Source: Spirochaetia bacterium (GTDB lineage Bacteria; Spirochaetota; Spirochaetia; SZUA-6; Bin103). Taken from it: a stretch of DNA of 64,000 nt. Each line of letters starts with the position of its first letter. The stretch's first letter is position 1. The notes beneath the pieces were generated by a model, which saw only the letters and a list, made by a program, of their open reading frames with translations, was not told where the DNA came from and ran no database searches. The DNA lies in NCBI GenBank assembly GCA_965203905.1, contig CBDBDQ010000005.1, forward strand, positions 7,584,001 through 7,648,000, in the 5' to 3' direction. Shown here piece after piece: positions 19,895 to 30,261 of this stretch. The position numbers and the translations under genes are program-made.

Positions 19895-20793
19895 CGGGCC
19901 CACTTTCCGCGCCGGACGCGGATCAGCATGAGCGTGAGGCCCATCATGAAAAGCGTCATGAAGATCACCAGCGAGCTGGCGTAGCCCATCTGGAAGTAGC
20001 GAAAGCCCTGGTCGAAAATGAACAGATTCAAGATGCGGGAGGCGTTGCCGGGTCCCCCGCCGGTGATGACGTATATCTCGTCGAAGGTCTTGAGCGAATC
20101 CATCAACCGCAACATGGCCGCCACCACCACGGCGGGTCGGATGAGGGGCAGCGTGATGCGCCGGAAGCGCTGCAGGTCCGATGCGCCGTCGATCACGGCC
20201 GCTTCGTAGAGCGTTCGGTCTATCGCGGACATTCCGGCCATGGCGATCAGCATGATCAGAGGCGTCCAGTGCCACACATCCACCATGATCAGTACCGGCA
20301 CGACCGTGGTCCCCTGCGCCAGCCACGGTTGCGGAGCGAGGCCGATCGCGGAGAAGAAATGGTTCAGGATGCCGAGCGTCGGGTGCAACATCAGCCGCCA
20401 CAGGATCGACAGCGCCACCGGCGTGCTGGCCATCGGCAGAATGAGCATCGACCGGACCACGGGCTTGCCCACGAACTGCCGGTTCAGGAACTCCGCCAGC
20501 GCCACCCCAAGGACGATCTGCAGCGCAAGCGAACCGAACGTGAAGTAGAGCGTCACCCACAGCGAGCTGAAGAAGCCCTCGTCCTGGAACATGCTGATGA
20601 AGTTGGTGACCCCGGCCCACCCGGGCGGACGGATCGTGGAGATGTGCCAGTCGGTGAAGCTGAGGCCGATGGTGTACGCCAGCGGCCCGCCCACCATGGC
20701 GACCAGCGCCACCAGTGCCGGCAGCACCATGAGGAGATCAAAGTGGCGATCGACCCAAAGGCGCCAGGTTCCAGACTCGGATCTTGCGATCAT
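19891..20793 (-). CDS. Carbohydrate ABC transporter permease (MalF-like)
   Basis: VDVWHWTP, LYEAAVIDGAS, TGGGPG. Confidence 0.92.
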   Translation of the reverse strand: MIARSESGTWRLWVDRHFDLLMVLPALVALVAMVGGPLAYTIGLSFTDWHISTIRPPGWAGVTNFISMFQDEGFFSSLWVTLYFTFGSLALQIVLGVALAEFLNRQFVGKPVVRSMLILPMASTPVALSILWRLMLHPTLGILNHFFSAIGLAPQPWLAQGTTVVPVLIMVDVWHWTPLIMLIAMAGMSAIDRTLYEAAVIDGASDLQRFRRITLPLIRPAVVVAAMLRLMDSLKTFDEIYVITGGGPGNASRILNLFIFDQGFRYFQMGYASSLVIFMTLFMMGLTLMLIRVRRGKWAR

Positions 20794-20825
20794 CGCTCAG
20801 TCAACTCCGCTCCCGGTTCTGCGCG

Positions 20826-20870
20826 AAAAAAAGAGCAGGGAATCCGCCGGATATCCCTGCCCCTGTTGAT
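20826..20870 (-). terminator. Rho-independent terminator after the sugar SBP
   Basis: GCAGGGA..TCCCTGC stem followed by a T7 run on the minus strand. Confidence 0.7.
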
Positions 20871-20900
20871 GAATGATGAGGGGTGACGAAACGCGCGAAC

Positions 20901-22223
20901 TTATTCGGTCCGCGCCATGATGTCGGCGACCTCCTCGGCCGCCTCGTCGAGCGCGGCCTGAGGCTGCTTGTTCCCGAGAATGGCATCCACTATCGCGGTC
21001 CCGATCACATCCTCGATCTGTTGCACCTCGACAACCTCCGGATGGCCCATCGGCGTAGCGTGTGCGAAGGAAGCCAGAACCGCATCCAACCACTCCTGGT
21101 TCGATACGGCAGCGAACTCCGGGCTGTTCCAGGCCGACTGGCGGGCCGTAGGAAAGTTCTTGGCCTGGATGAACAGCTGCATATCCTTGCCGGTTACCCA
21201 CTGGATGAACAGCCAGGCCGGATCCTTCTTCTTGCTCAGACTGGAGATGGCCATGTTCCAGGACCACAGATTCGCCTTGGCCTCCTGACCCGGCACCGTT
21301 GGAACGTGAGCGAAGCCGACCTTGTCGACCACCGTCGACTTCTCCGGATCGGAGAGCACGCCCAGCCAAGCCGCCGTATCGACGATATGCGCAGTCTCAC
21401 CCTGCTGCATGAGCGCCAGTTCGTCGTACCAGTGGTTCTCCGCCGCTCCCGGGTTAGCGTAGTTCTGCATGAGCTGTACGTAGGTTTCGAGCGCTCTTAC
21501 GCCCGCCGGGGAGTTGAAAGCCGGACGCCGCTGGCTGTCGAGCCACTCACCGCCGTATGCATAGAGGAACGGGCCAAACTCCGCGACAGACTGCGTCTTC
21601 ATGCCACGCCCGGCAAACCCATAGATGTCACTGCCATGCACCCTGCCGGCATTGGCAACCAGGTCATCCATAGTCTGGGGCACTTCCAGGCCGGCTTGTT
21701 CATACACGTCCTTGCGGTAGAACAGGAGCCAGGTGACCGCGTTCAGTGGAATCGCAACGCGGTTGCCTTCGAATACCTGCGCGTCCCACACCGACCTGAT
21801 GAAGTCATCGGGATCGAAGTTGGGATCGGTCTTGTTGGGATCGGCCAAGTACGGGTCCAGGTACTCGTACCAGCCGCTGCTGTAGAACTTGCGCCCTTCG
21901 AAGTTGGTTCCGGTGGCGAACGCATCGATGGTCGTGCTGCCGCCGGCCAACTCCACCACCATCTTTTGCCGAAATTGATCCTCCGGGAAGTCTTCGAGCC
22001 GTACCTTGATACCGGTCAGCTCCTCGAATTCCGGCAGTTTTTCCTTGATCAGATTCGTGTAGTAGAACTTCAGGGCGAGGAAGCGGATTTCCTCCCCTTC
22101 ATAGTTCCGCCAGTCGAATCCCGCGACCTGGGCCGATGCCGCCTGCTCCGCCTCGCCGGCGGCAAAGGCCGGGGCGCTGGCGATCAGAGCCAACAAGAAC
22201 AGTGCGGTTACGAACTTCTTCAT
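20901..22223 (-). CDS. Sugar ABC transporter substrate-binding protein (family 1)
   Basis: MKKF signal peptide, FEELTGIKV, LFYRKD; GGAGG RBS; upstream TTGACA-17-TAGAGT. Confidence 0.92.
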   Translation of the reverse strand: MKKFVTALFLLALIASAPAFAAGEAEQAASAQVAGFDWRNYEGEEIRFLALKFYYTNLIKEKLPEFEELTGIKVRLEDFPEDQFRQKMVVELAGGSTTIDAFATGTNFEGRKFYSSGWYEYLDPYLADPNKTDPNFDPDDFIRSVWDAQVFEGNRVAIPLNAVTWLLFYRKDVYEQAGLEVPQTMDDLVANAGRVHGSDIYGFAGRGMKTQSVAEFGPFLYAYGGEWLDSQRRPAFNSPAGVRALETYVQLMQNYANPGAAENHWYDELALMQQGETAHIVDTAAWLGVLSDPEKSTVVDKVGFAHVPTVPGQEAKANLWSWNMAISSLSKKKDPAWLFIQWVTGKDMQLFIQAKNFPTARQSAWNSPEFAAVSNQEWLDAVLASFAHATPMGHPEVVEVQQIEDVIGTAIVDAILGNKQPQAALDEAAEEVADIMARTE

Positions 22224-22579
22224 GTTCACTTCCTCCACCAAAAAAAAGATCGAACGACGTTGCGAAAGATCACTCTAGGTCGCCCCCGCCCTGGTGTCAA
22301 GCCGCCACGCGAATAGGTCGCGCCGGCCGCCGCGCTCGCGACCACGTTGTGCAGCCAGCCCTCCGCCGCCGGAAGCCTGTCCGATTGCGACAGACTCCCG
22401 GCGACCGGTAGCGGCTTAGAGCAGCCCGTGGTGAAACTCCGGCTGCATTCGAGCGGCGATCCATCCCGGCTGGCTGCGTTGCTCCTCGCTCACATATGCC
22501 CTGATATGCTCGTTCGTCGCACCTTGCCAGCCGGGCGCCTCGCCGCTCTCGGTGCGACGCCGGGTTCCACCACGGGCTG

Positions 22580-24286
22580 CTAGTTGATGTAGCCGGCGTT
22601 GCGGAGGGTGTCCTCCCAGATCTGCACGTAGCGCTCCACGCCGGCGCGCTCCAGCTCGTTGACGTAGGTGTCCCACTGGCCCTGGTCGTCGATGTCGCGG
22701 CTACCGACGATGAACTCGGTGCTCCACTGCTCCACCAGGCCGGTGCCGCCGGCGATGGTGCCGGTCAGGTCGGCCAGCTCATCCTGCACGTCCTCGTCGA
22801 ACACCAGGTTGGCGGGAACGTAGTTCTCCTGCAGCAGCGGCTTGTACATGTCGCGCGTAGCCACCATCAGGATCCACTCCTGCTTGGAGGGATCGTTGGC
22901 GAACTCCGGCGGCAGGGCGCGGGTGCCCACCGGGCCCCAGCGCAGCGTGGTGCGGCTCCAGCCGTCGTCGCGCTTCACCTCGCCGTAGGTCTTGGTCTCC
23001 AGCGGCCAGGTCACCGCCGGCGACCCGTCGCGCGCCACATAGCCCTTGGTCTTCTCCTCCGCGGTCAGGTAGCGCCAGTGCACCCCCTCCTCCAGGAAGT
23101 CCATGCCGAGGTTGCCGTTCACCAGCGGATCCTCGTAGAACCAGTTGGCCCATTGGGTGACGATCTCCGGGTGCTCCTCCGCCGCCGTGATGAAGGTGTG
23201 GTAACGGATCTGCGGCGGGAAGTAGGTGGTGTTCTGCGCCCCCGCCGGCCCCTTCAACGGGGCGATCGGCTTGAAGTCCGCGAAGCGCCCGGTGCCGCCG
23301 CCGTTGACCGTCATCACCCCGTACCAGCCGGCGGGAAAGCTGCCCACCAGGTCGATGTCCGGGTTCTCGATCGTGGCCTTGGCCTGGTCGTTCTTCTGGG
23401 TGAAGGTCTCGCGCCCGATCAGCTCCTCCTCGTACAGGCGGTTGAGATAGCGCAACCCCTCGCGCCACTCCGGGGTGTTGGCCACGAAACGCATCGAGTC
23501 GGAGGTGCGCTCCAGGTAGCCGCCGTAGGTGCCGCGCCGGGTGTAGGTGAAGGCGTTCATGATGAAGTTCAGCGGCAGCGCGTTCCAGCCGGTGGTGGCG
23601 CCGAGCATCGGGATCTCGTCGGCGAGGCCGTTGCCGTTGGGATCGCCCTCCTTGAACGCCTTCAGCACCTCGTACAGCTCGTCGGTGGTGGTGGGCGGGA
23701 AGTCCAGCCCCAGCTTGTCGAACCACGGCTGGTACATCCAGAACTTGATCTGGAAGCGGCAGTGGAAGCACCCCGCCTCCAGCTCCGGCAGGTTGTAGAT
23801 GCCGCCGTCGGGCATGGTGAGCTGGGCCTGGTACTGCGGCCACTTCTCCAGCTCGCGCTTCAGCGCCGGCATGTGCTTGTCGATCAGCTCGTTCAGACGC
23901 TGAAAGGTGCCGGTCACGCCGTGCTGGTAGGTGGTCTGGGCGTTGATGTGGAACGGCGTCATGATCACGTCGGGCAGGTCCCCGCTGGCCAGCATCAGGT
24001 TGATCTTCTCGCCCGCCGCGCCACTCTCGATCACGTCCACGAAGTTGACCCGCACGTTGGTGAGGTCCTCCAGGAAGGTGGTGAACTTCGAGTCCCCCGG
24101 CCGCCCGGACGACTCGTGGCTCAGGTAGATCGTGACCACGTCGAACTCGTACATCGGCTCGACCACCGGGTAGGTCCCCGGCGGACTGAGCGTGTAATCA
24201 CCGGCGGCGGATCCCTCTCCCTCGCCGCTGGCGAAGCCCATGGCAGCGCCTGCCACGAGCAGCAAAACGATTGTCAGATTTCGCAT
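22580..24286 (-). CDS. Extracellular solute-binding protein (LplA-like), tandem copy 2
   Basis: NLMLASGDLPD, FKEGDPNGNGLADEIP; near-duplicate of 24462..26171. Confidence 0.92.
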   Translation of the reverse strand: MRNLTIVLLLVAGAAMGFASGEGEGSAAGDYTLSPPGTYPVVEPMYEFDVVTIYLSHESSGRPGDSKFTTFLEDLTNVRVNFVDVIESGAAGEKINLMLASGDLPDVIMTPFHINAQTTYQHGVTGTFQRLNELIDKHMPALKRELEKWPQYQAQLTMPDGGIYNLPELEAGCFHCRFQIKFWMYQPWFDKLGLDFPPTTTDELYEVLKAFKEGDPNGNGLADEIPMLGATTGWNALPLNFIMNAFTYTRRGTYGGYLERTSDSMRFVANTPEWREGLRYLNRLYEEELIGRETFTQKNDQAKATIENPDIDLVGSFPAGWYGVMTVNGGGTGRFADFKPIAPLKGPAGAQNTTYFPPQIRYHTFITAAEEHPEIVTQWANWFYEDPLVNGNLGMDFLEEGVHWRYLTAEEKTKGYVARDGSPAVTWPLETKTYGEVKRDDGWSRTTLRWGPVGTRALPPEFANDPSKQEWILMVATRDMYKPLLQENYVPANLVFDEDVQDELADLTGTIAGGTGLVEQWSTEFIVGSRDIDDQGQWDTYVNELERAGVERYVQIWEDTLRNAGYIN

Positions 24287-24461
24287 CTGCAACTCCTTTG
24301 TGGGTGTCTTGCACCGGGCAACGCCCGGTTATTGCGGCCCTCTACGGGCCTTATCCTTCTATTGGGGCCGGCAGCCGAGCGGCCGCCGGCACTGCCCGGG
24401 CAAGCACCGGCCACCGCTCCGTTGGCGAACGAAGGGCGGCCGGGCTCGTGGACCGCGGCTG

Positions 24462-26171
24462 TCAGTTGAGGTAGCCGGCGTTCCTCAGCGTGTCCTCCCA
24501 GATCTCGGTGTAGCGCTCCACGCCGGCGCGCTCCAGCTCGCTCACGTAGGCGTCCCACTGCGACTGATCGTCGATGTCGCGGCTGCCGACGATGAACTCG
24601 GTGCTCCACTGCTCCACCAGGCCAGTACCGGCGGCTATCGTCGCGGTGAGGTCGGCCAGCTCGTCCTGGATGTCCTCCCCGAAGATCAGGTTCGCGGGGA
24701 TGAAGTTGTCCTGCACGTAGGGCTGATACTGGTCGCGGGTGGTGACCATCAGGATCCACTCCTGCTTGGAAGGATCATTGGCCCACTCGGGGTTCAGGGC
24801 ACCGGTGCCGACCGGCCCCCAACGTAGCGCGGAGCGGGTCCAGCCGTCGTCCCGCTTCAGGTCGCCGCCGTAGGTCTTCACCTGCAGCGGCCAGGTCACC
24901 GCCGGTGAGCCGTCGCGCGCCACGTAGCCCATGGTCTTCTCTTCCGCGGTCAGGTAGCGCCAGTGCACCCCCTCCTGCAGGAAGTCCCAGCCCAGCGCGG
25001 CCGCCACCAGCGGCTCGTCGTAGAACCAGTTCGCCCACTGGGCGATGATTTCAGGATGCTCCTCGCGCGGCGTGATGAACGTGTGGTAGCGGATCGCCGG
25101 CGGGAAGTGGGTCACGTACTGCGCCCCGGCCGGGCCCTTCAGCGGCGCAATCGGCTTGAAGTGGGCGAAGCGCCCGGTGCCGCCCCCGTTGACCGTCATG
25201 ACGCCGAACCAGCCGGCCGGAAAGCTGCCCACCATCTCGGCGTCCGGGTTCTCGATCGTGGCCTTGGCCTGGTCGTTCTTCTGGGTGAAGGTCTCCCGTC
25301 CGATCAGCTCTTCCGCGTACAGGCGATGGATGTAGCGCAGCCCCTCGCGCCACTCAGGGGTGTTGGCCACGAACCGTATTCCGTCCGAGGCGCGCTCCAG
25401 GAACCCGCCGTAGGTGCCACGTCGGGTGTAGGTGAAGGCGTTCATCAGGAAGTTGGTCGGCAGCGCGTTCCAGCCGGTGGTGGCGCCAAGCATCGGGATC
25501 TCGTCGGCCACGCCGTTGCCGTTGGGATCGCCGGTCTTGAACGCCTTCAACACCTCGTACAGCTCGTCGGTGGTGGTGGGCGGGAAGCTCAGCCCCAGCT
25601 TGTCGAACCACGGCTGGTACATCCAGAACTTGATCGAGTACTGGCAGTGGAAGCATCCGGCCTCCAGTTCCGGCAGGTTGTAGATGCCGCCATCCGGCAT
25701 GGTAAGCTGGGCAGCGTACTGCGGCCACTTCTCCAGCTCCCGCTTCAACGCCGGCATGTGCTGGTCGATGATGTCGTTCAGGCGGATGAAGGTGCCGTTG
25801 ATGCCGTGCTGGAACGTGGTCTGCGCGTTGATGTGCCACGGCGTCATGATCACGTCGGGCACGTCGCCGCTGGCCAGCATCAGGTTGATCTTCTCACCCG
25901 CCGCGCCGCTCTCGATCACGTCGATGAAGTTGACCCGGACGTTGGTGATCTCTTCAAGGTAGGGGGTGAACTTCGATTCTCCCGGCTTGCCGGACGACTC
26001 GACGCTGCTGTAGATGGTGACGGCGTCGAACTCGTACATCGGTTCCACCACCGGATAGGTTCCGGGCGCACTGAGGACGTAGTCGCCGGCAGAGGATTCC
26101 TCCCCTTCGCCGGCGGCGTAAGCCATGGTGGCGGCGGCAACGAGCACTAACACGATTGCTAGAATTCGCAT
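24462..26171 (-). CDS. Extracellular solute-binding protein (LplA-like), tandem copy 1
   Basis: NLMLASGDVPD, FKTGDPNGNGVADEIP; AAGGAG RBS. Confidence 0.92.
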   Translation of the reverse strand: MRILAIVLVLVAAATMAYAAGEGEESSAGDYVLSAPGTYPVVEPMYEFDAVTIYSSVESSGKPGESKFTPYLEEITNVRVNFIDVIESGAAGEKINLMLASGDVPDVIMTPWHINAQTTFQHGINGTFIRLNDIIDQHMPALKRELEKWPQYAAQLTMPDGGIYNLPELEAGCFHCQYSIKFWMYQPWFDKLGLSFPPTTTDELYEVLKAFKTGDPNGNGVADEIPMLGATTGWNALPTNFLMNAFTYTRRGTYGGFLERASDGIRFVANTPEWREGLRYIHRLYAEELIGRETFTQKNDQAKATIENPDAEMVGSFPAGWFGVMTVNGGGTGRFAHFKPIAPLKGPAGAQYVTHFPPAIRYHTFITPREEHPEIIAQWANWFYDEPLVAAALGWDFLQEGVHWRYLTAEEKTMGYVARDGSPAVTWPLQVKTYGGDLKRDDGWTRSALRWGPVGTGALNPEWANDPSKQEWILMVTTRDQYQPYVQDNFIPANLIFGEDIQDELADLTATIAAGTGLVEQWSTEFIVGSRDIDDQSQWDAYVSELERAGVERYTEIWEDTLRNAGYLN

Positions 26172-26266
26172 CTGCAACTCCTTTCGGTGTTGTTGTTCCC
26201 CGGGCAACGCCCGGTTTGTGCGGGCCTCTGCTGCCCGCGTACAGGTCATCTCCAAACTATCCCAGG

Positions 26267-27259
26267 CTATCCCTTGAGGGATCCGATCATCACTCCCTTG
26301 ATGAAGTGGCGCTGCACGAACGGGTACATCACCAGTACCGGGACCGTGGCCACCACGATCAGCGAGTACTGCAGCAGCGCCACCAGGAACTCGCGCCGGG
26401 TCATCTGCTCCAGCTGTTCCTCGGTCATGTCGGCCATCATGTCATCCAGGATGTTCATCGAGTTCTGGATCAGGATCTCGCGCAGGATGAGCTGCAGCGG
26501 CCTCAGGTTGTCGTCGCGAATGTAGATCAGGGCGTTGAAATAGGTGTTCCAGTGGTTCACCGCGTAGAACAGGGTGATGACGGCGATGATCGGCCCCGAC
26601 AGCGGCAGCACGATGTGCCAGAACATGCGGGTGTTGGAGGCACCGTCCACGCGCGCCGCCTCGTACAGCTCGCCGGGAATGGTGCTCTGCAGGTAGGTGC
26701 GGGTGATGATCACGTTCCATACCCCGATCGCCCAGGGGATGATCAGCACGGCGCGGGTATCGATCATACCGAGGCTCTTGATCAGCAGGTAGGTGGGAAT
26801 TAGCCCGCCGTTGAAGAACATGGTGAAGGTGAACAGGAACATGATCGTGCCGCGCCCGACGAAGTCCTTGCGCGCCAGGGGATAGGCCACGATCATGGTC
26901 ATGGCGACGTTGTAGATGGTGCCGAACACGGTGTAGAAGATCGAGTTGCCGTAGCCGAGCCAGACGTCCCGGTACTCGAACACCGCCTTGTAGCCGTCCA
27001 GGTTGGGATTGATCGGCAGCAGCCAGACCCGGCCCGTCAGCACCTCCTGGGCATCGCTGAACGACGAGCTGATGATGTAGATCAGCGGATAGATGACGAT
27101 GAGAAACGCGAAGGTGAGCAGGGCGTAGTCGATGGCGTAGAAGACGCGGTCCTCGCGGGCGTTCCGGATGCGGCTGCGGCGCGCCGTGGGCGCGGGCCGG
27201 GGAGCCGGAGCAGCCGGGGCGGCGGTGACTCCCAGGTCGGTGCCGGAGCGCCTTACCAC
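26267..27259 (-). CDS. Carbohydrate ABC transporter permease (LplC-like); start approximate
   Basis: TMFFNGGLIPTY, ELYEAARVDGA, YPFVQRHFIKGVMIGSLKG. Confidence 0.9.
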   Translation of the reverse strand: MVRRSGTDLGVTAAPAAPAPRPAPTARRSRIRNAREDRVFYAIDYALLTFAFLIVIYPLIYIISSSFSDAQEVLTGRVWLLPINPNLDGYKAVFEYRDVWLGYGNSIFYTVFGTIYNVAMTMIVAYPLARKDFVGRGTIMFLFTFTMFFNGGLIPTYLLIKSLGMIDTRAVLIIPWAIGVWNVIITRTYLQSTIPGELYEAARVDGASNTRMFWHIVLPLSGPIIAVITLFYAVNHWNTYFNALIYIRDDNLRPLQLILREILIQNSMNILDDMMADMTEEQLEQMTRREFLVALLQYSLIVVATVPVLVMYPFVQRHFIKGVMIGSLKG

Positions 27260-28218
27260 AGGCTGGTCTCCGATACCCGGCGCGAGATGCGGTTCACCAT
27301 GACCAGCAGGAAGAAGGCGATCACGTTCTTGAACAGGTTGATCGCCGCCGCGTAGGAGAAGTTGGGCGTGGCCGAGGCCAGACCTATCTTGTAGACGTAG
27401 GTCTCCACCACCTCCGAACCGCGGATGTTCAACGCGTTCTGCATCAGGAAAATCTTCTCGAAGCCGACGTTGAGCATCTGTCCCGACTGCAGGATCAGCA
27501 GGATGATCACCGTGGGCATGATGCCGGGCAGGTCGATGTGCCACACCCGCTGCCAGATGGTGGCGCCGTCCACGCGCGCCGCCTCGTGCAACTCCACGTC
27601 GACGCCGGCCAGCGCCGCCAGGAAGATGATCGTGCCCCAGCCCATGTTCTGCCAGATGCCGGTCCACACGTAGACGTGCGCGAACCAGTCCGGGCTGCCC
27701 AGGAACGGCGGTTCCGGGATGCCGAGCTTGGCCAGCGCCACGCTCACCAAGCCGATGCGCACCTGCAGTACCTTGAGGATGATGCCCACCATCACCACGG
27801 TGGAGATGAAGTGCGGGGCGTAGGTGACCATCTGCACGGTCTTCTTGTAGCCGAGCGCCGGACAGTAGTGGAGCGCGAGCGCGAGGATGATAGGGATCGG
27901 GAAGCCGGCCAGGAGGCCGTAGGCGTTGATGTAGAACGTATTCCACATCACGTTCCTGAAGTTGAACGACCTGACGAAGCGCACGAAGTGGTCGAGGCCG
28001 ACCCAGTCGCTGCCCAGCATGCCCTTGATCGGCACGAACTTCTTGAACGCGATCACGTTGCCGACCATCGGCACGTACTGAAACAACAGCAGCCAGATCA
28101 GCGGCAGCGCCACGAACACGTACAGCTCCCAGTTGACCGCTACCTTGTGTCGCCACACGCGACGGCGTTCGGTGGCGGTCGAAAGGGCGCTACTGGTGTC
28201 GGTGCTCGGTTGTCCCAT
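27253..28218 (-). CDS. Carbohydrate ABC transporter permease (LplB-like)
   Basis: TYAPHFISTVV, EAARVDGA, GFEKIFLMQN. Confidence 0.92.
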   Translation of the reverse strand: MGQPSTDTSSALSTATERRRVWRHKVAVNWELYVFVALPLIWLLLFQYVPMVGNVIAFKKFVPIKGMLGSDWVGLDHFVRFVRSFNFRNVMWNTFYINAYGLLAGFPIPIILALALHYCPALGYKKTVQMVTYAPHFISTVVMVGIILKVLQVRIGLVSVALAKLGIPEPPFLGSPDWFAHVYVWTGIWQNMGWGTIIFLAALAGVDVELHEAARVDGATIWQRVWHIDLPGIMPTVIILLILQSGQMLNVGFEKIFLMQNALNIRGSEVVETYVYKIGLASATPNFSYAAAINLFKNVIAFFLLVMVNRISRRVSETSLW

Positions 28219-28317
28219 AGTGCTCCGTGGGTCGTGGCGGCTACCGTCAGGGCGGACGCCATGTTAGCAAGCCGGGCGTCAGGAGGCAACGGGCGGGCCG
28301 GCGCGGATGAGCGGACC

Positions 28318-28625
28318 CTACCAGTGGATTTCGCCGCGCAACTCGATCTCGTGCTCGGGCGCGGCGTCGCTGACGGGCTCGCGGCGCCTCGCATCCAGGT
28401 TCAGCTCCAGCGCCTGGCCCAGGCGGTAGCCATAGCCCAGGATGTATGACGCGCTCATCCTTCGCGAGCAGCAAGCCGACGTGCGGGCTCGCCAGCGCCT
28501 GCCCGTCGAACAGGGAGAAGCCGTAGCCGATCTCGCCCTCCAGGCGGGCCGCAGGGTCGGGTGCCGTGGCGGCGGGCACGAGCTGGCTCGCGTCGGGAAT
28601 CATCCACAGCCGCTCGGCGCCGGCT
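28318..28625 (-). pseudogene. Frameshifted C-terminal remnant of an autotransporter-like beta-barrel protein
   Basis: GAERLW..RLEGEIGYGFSLFDG..SPHVGL then shifted frame YILGYGYRLGQALELNLDARRRE..EHEIELRGEIHW*. Confidence 0.55.
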
Positions 28626-28830
28626 CGACGGCCCAGCCTGAATCGGCCACGCCGGGCACGCTGGGTTCGCTGCCCGCCTCGAGTGCTGCGGTTACCGGTA
28701 CGGTTGCGCTGCTCGAGCGTGGGGAAGCACGGGCTGCAGAGGCGCTGCCGATGGCGCGCTCAGCCCCAGTGGTGTGCAGCCAGGCGAGTGTCGGCCCCGT
28801 GCTTGGGAGGAGGTCTCACCGGCAGCCAGT

Positions 28831-29586
28831 CTACCGCTCAGGGTCTCCACTGTCGCGCAGCCTGGCTTCGAGTTGGGCGATTCGTGCCTCAGCCTCCTGC
28901 CGCGCGCGGCGTTCCCTCTGTCGCGCGTGCTCAACCCGTCGGCGCTCCTGCTCGGCTCGTTGCCATCCCCGTTCCGCCCTCTGCCGCGCCTCGCTGTGCT
29001 CGGTGAGTGACAGCAGATCGCCGCCGGACTCCGGGTCGTGGAAGCGAAAGCCTCGTTCCGTCTCCCGCAACTCCAGCCCGAGCACCCTGCTGTGCAACTC
29101 CTGCCTTCCCGCTCCCGTTCTCCGCTCCGTAATCCGCCGGTACCTGCCTCCCACCAGCCGCAGCCCCTGCAGCCGCGGCTGCAGATTGTCGCCGGTCGGA
29201 TCGTACTGCCAGTACTCGGACACTCCCAGCATCCGGTACTGCTTCCGCTTGCGACCCTGGTCCTCCCGCCACGTGCGCCGCGAGGTCACCTCCAGCACGA
29301 AGTCCGGTCCCTTCGGCTCCTGCCACAGCCGATAGGATTGCCGCTCATGCCCGGGCGCGCCCAGCACCACGAACACGTCCGGCGCCACCGCCGCGTCGCG
29401 GTTGCCCTTCTCGTAGTAGATGAACAGGTTGGCCGCCACGTACACGTCGGGCCGATCGCGAAAGTAGTCCCGCAACGCTTCGCGGGCGTAGGCCAGGGGG
29501 GTGAGTTGGAAGTCGCTTTCCGCCACCGGGGTTCCGTCGGAGCTGGGGTAGTCAACCGTGGCGGGAGCGAGCACCGAGCTTGCCAT
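28831..29586 (-). CDS. Uma2 (DUF820) family endonuclease-like protein with coiled-coil tail
   Basis: YPSSDGTPVAESD, APDVFVV, PDFVLEVTS, EYWQYDP. Confidence 0.9.
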   Translation of the reverse strand: MASSVLAPATVDYPSSDGTPVAESDFQLTPLAYAREALRDYFRDRPDVYVAANLFIYYEKGNRDAAVAPDVFVVLGAPGHERQSYRLWQEPKGPDFVLEVTSRRTWREDQGRKRKQYRMLGVSEYWQYDPTGDNLQPRLQGLRLVGGRYRRITERRTGAGRQELHSRVLGLELRETERGFRFHDPESGGDLLSLTEHSEARQRAERGWQRAEQERRRVEHARQRERRARQEAEARIAQLEARLRDSGDPER

Positions 29587-30261
29587 CAGGGAACCTCCAC
29601 GCGACAAAAGCATACCACGCCCCCGCCGCCCCGCTAAGCCTGTCGGGTCCGGTCATACCCCTTACAACGGGAGCCGGTACGTCGGCGCTTTCAGGAATCG
29701 GCGAGCAGCGGACAACATCACGCGTGCGCGACTGCACGGCCGGCTTCAAGGCCATCAGGACGACCGGATCTTCGTGCGGCCGGGAGCGACCGATGTGCGC
29801 GAGCAATCAACGGGCTGGTGCTGCCGGCGCCGGAGCAGATCCAGCCGAGTCCGTTCGAGCCGGCGCTGTTCGTGTTCTGCGACGCTTGGTCGGGCGTTTC
29901 CTGGGCGGAACATTGACATCGATGATCGGCAACCGCGACCCGGTGTCCCGACGTGTCGCGGTCGGAGGCCTGGAGGAATTGACTGAATCAGACCTCGCCA
30001 CCTTGATCGGAACACGAGACGGCCATACCATCGCGAGCCGTTTCCTCCAGTTGCTTGATAGCCGCGAGTTGGACCCCACCAACGTCCAAGAAGCAGATCG
30101 TGTCGTGGACCAAATCGCGGATGAGGTAGTCGCCGAGTCAGCCAAGGAATACGGTTCGGATACGATTTTCGTCGAGGGTGATCCCTACGTGTTTGCCGCG
30201 CCCTACGGCCACCTGCGACTGTTGACAAGGATCGAAGCACCGGCGACTCTCCTGAATTGCC

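Noticed and set aside
29715-29770. RVRDCTAGFKAIRT resembling a GT2 (Dol-P-Man synthase-like) motif
   Set aside because: Only about 14 residues; cannot be told from chance
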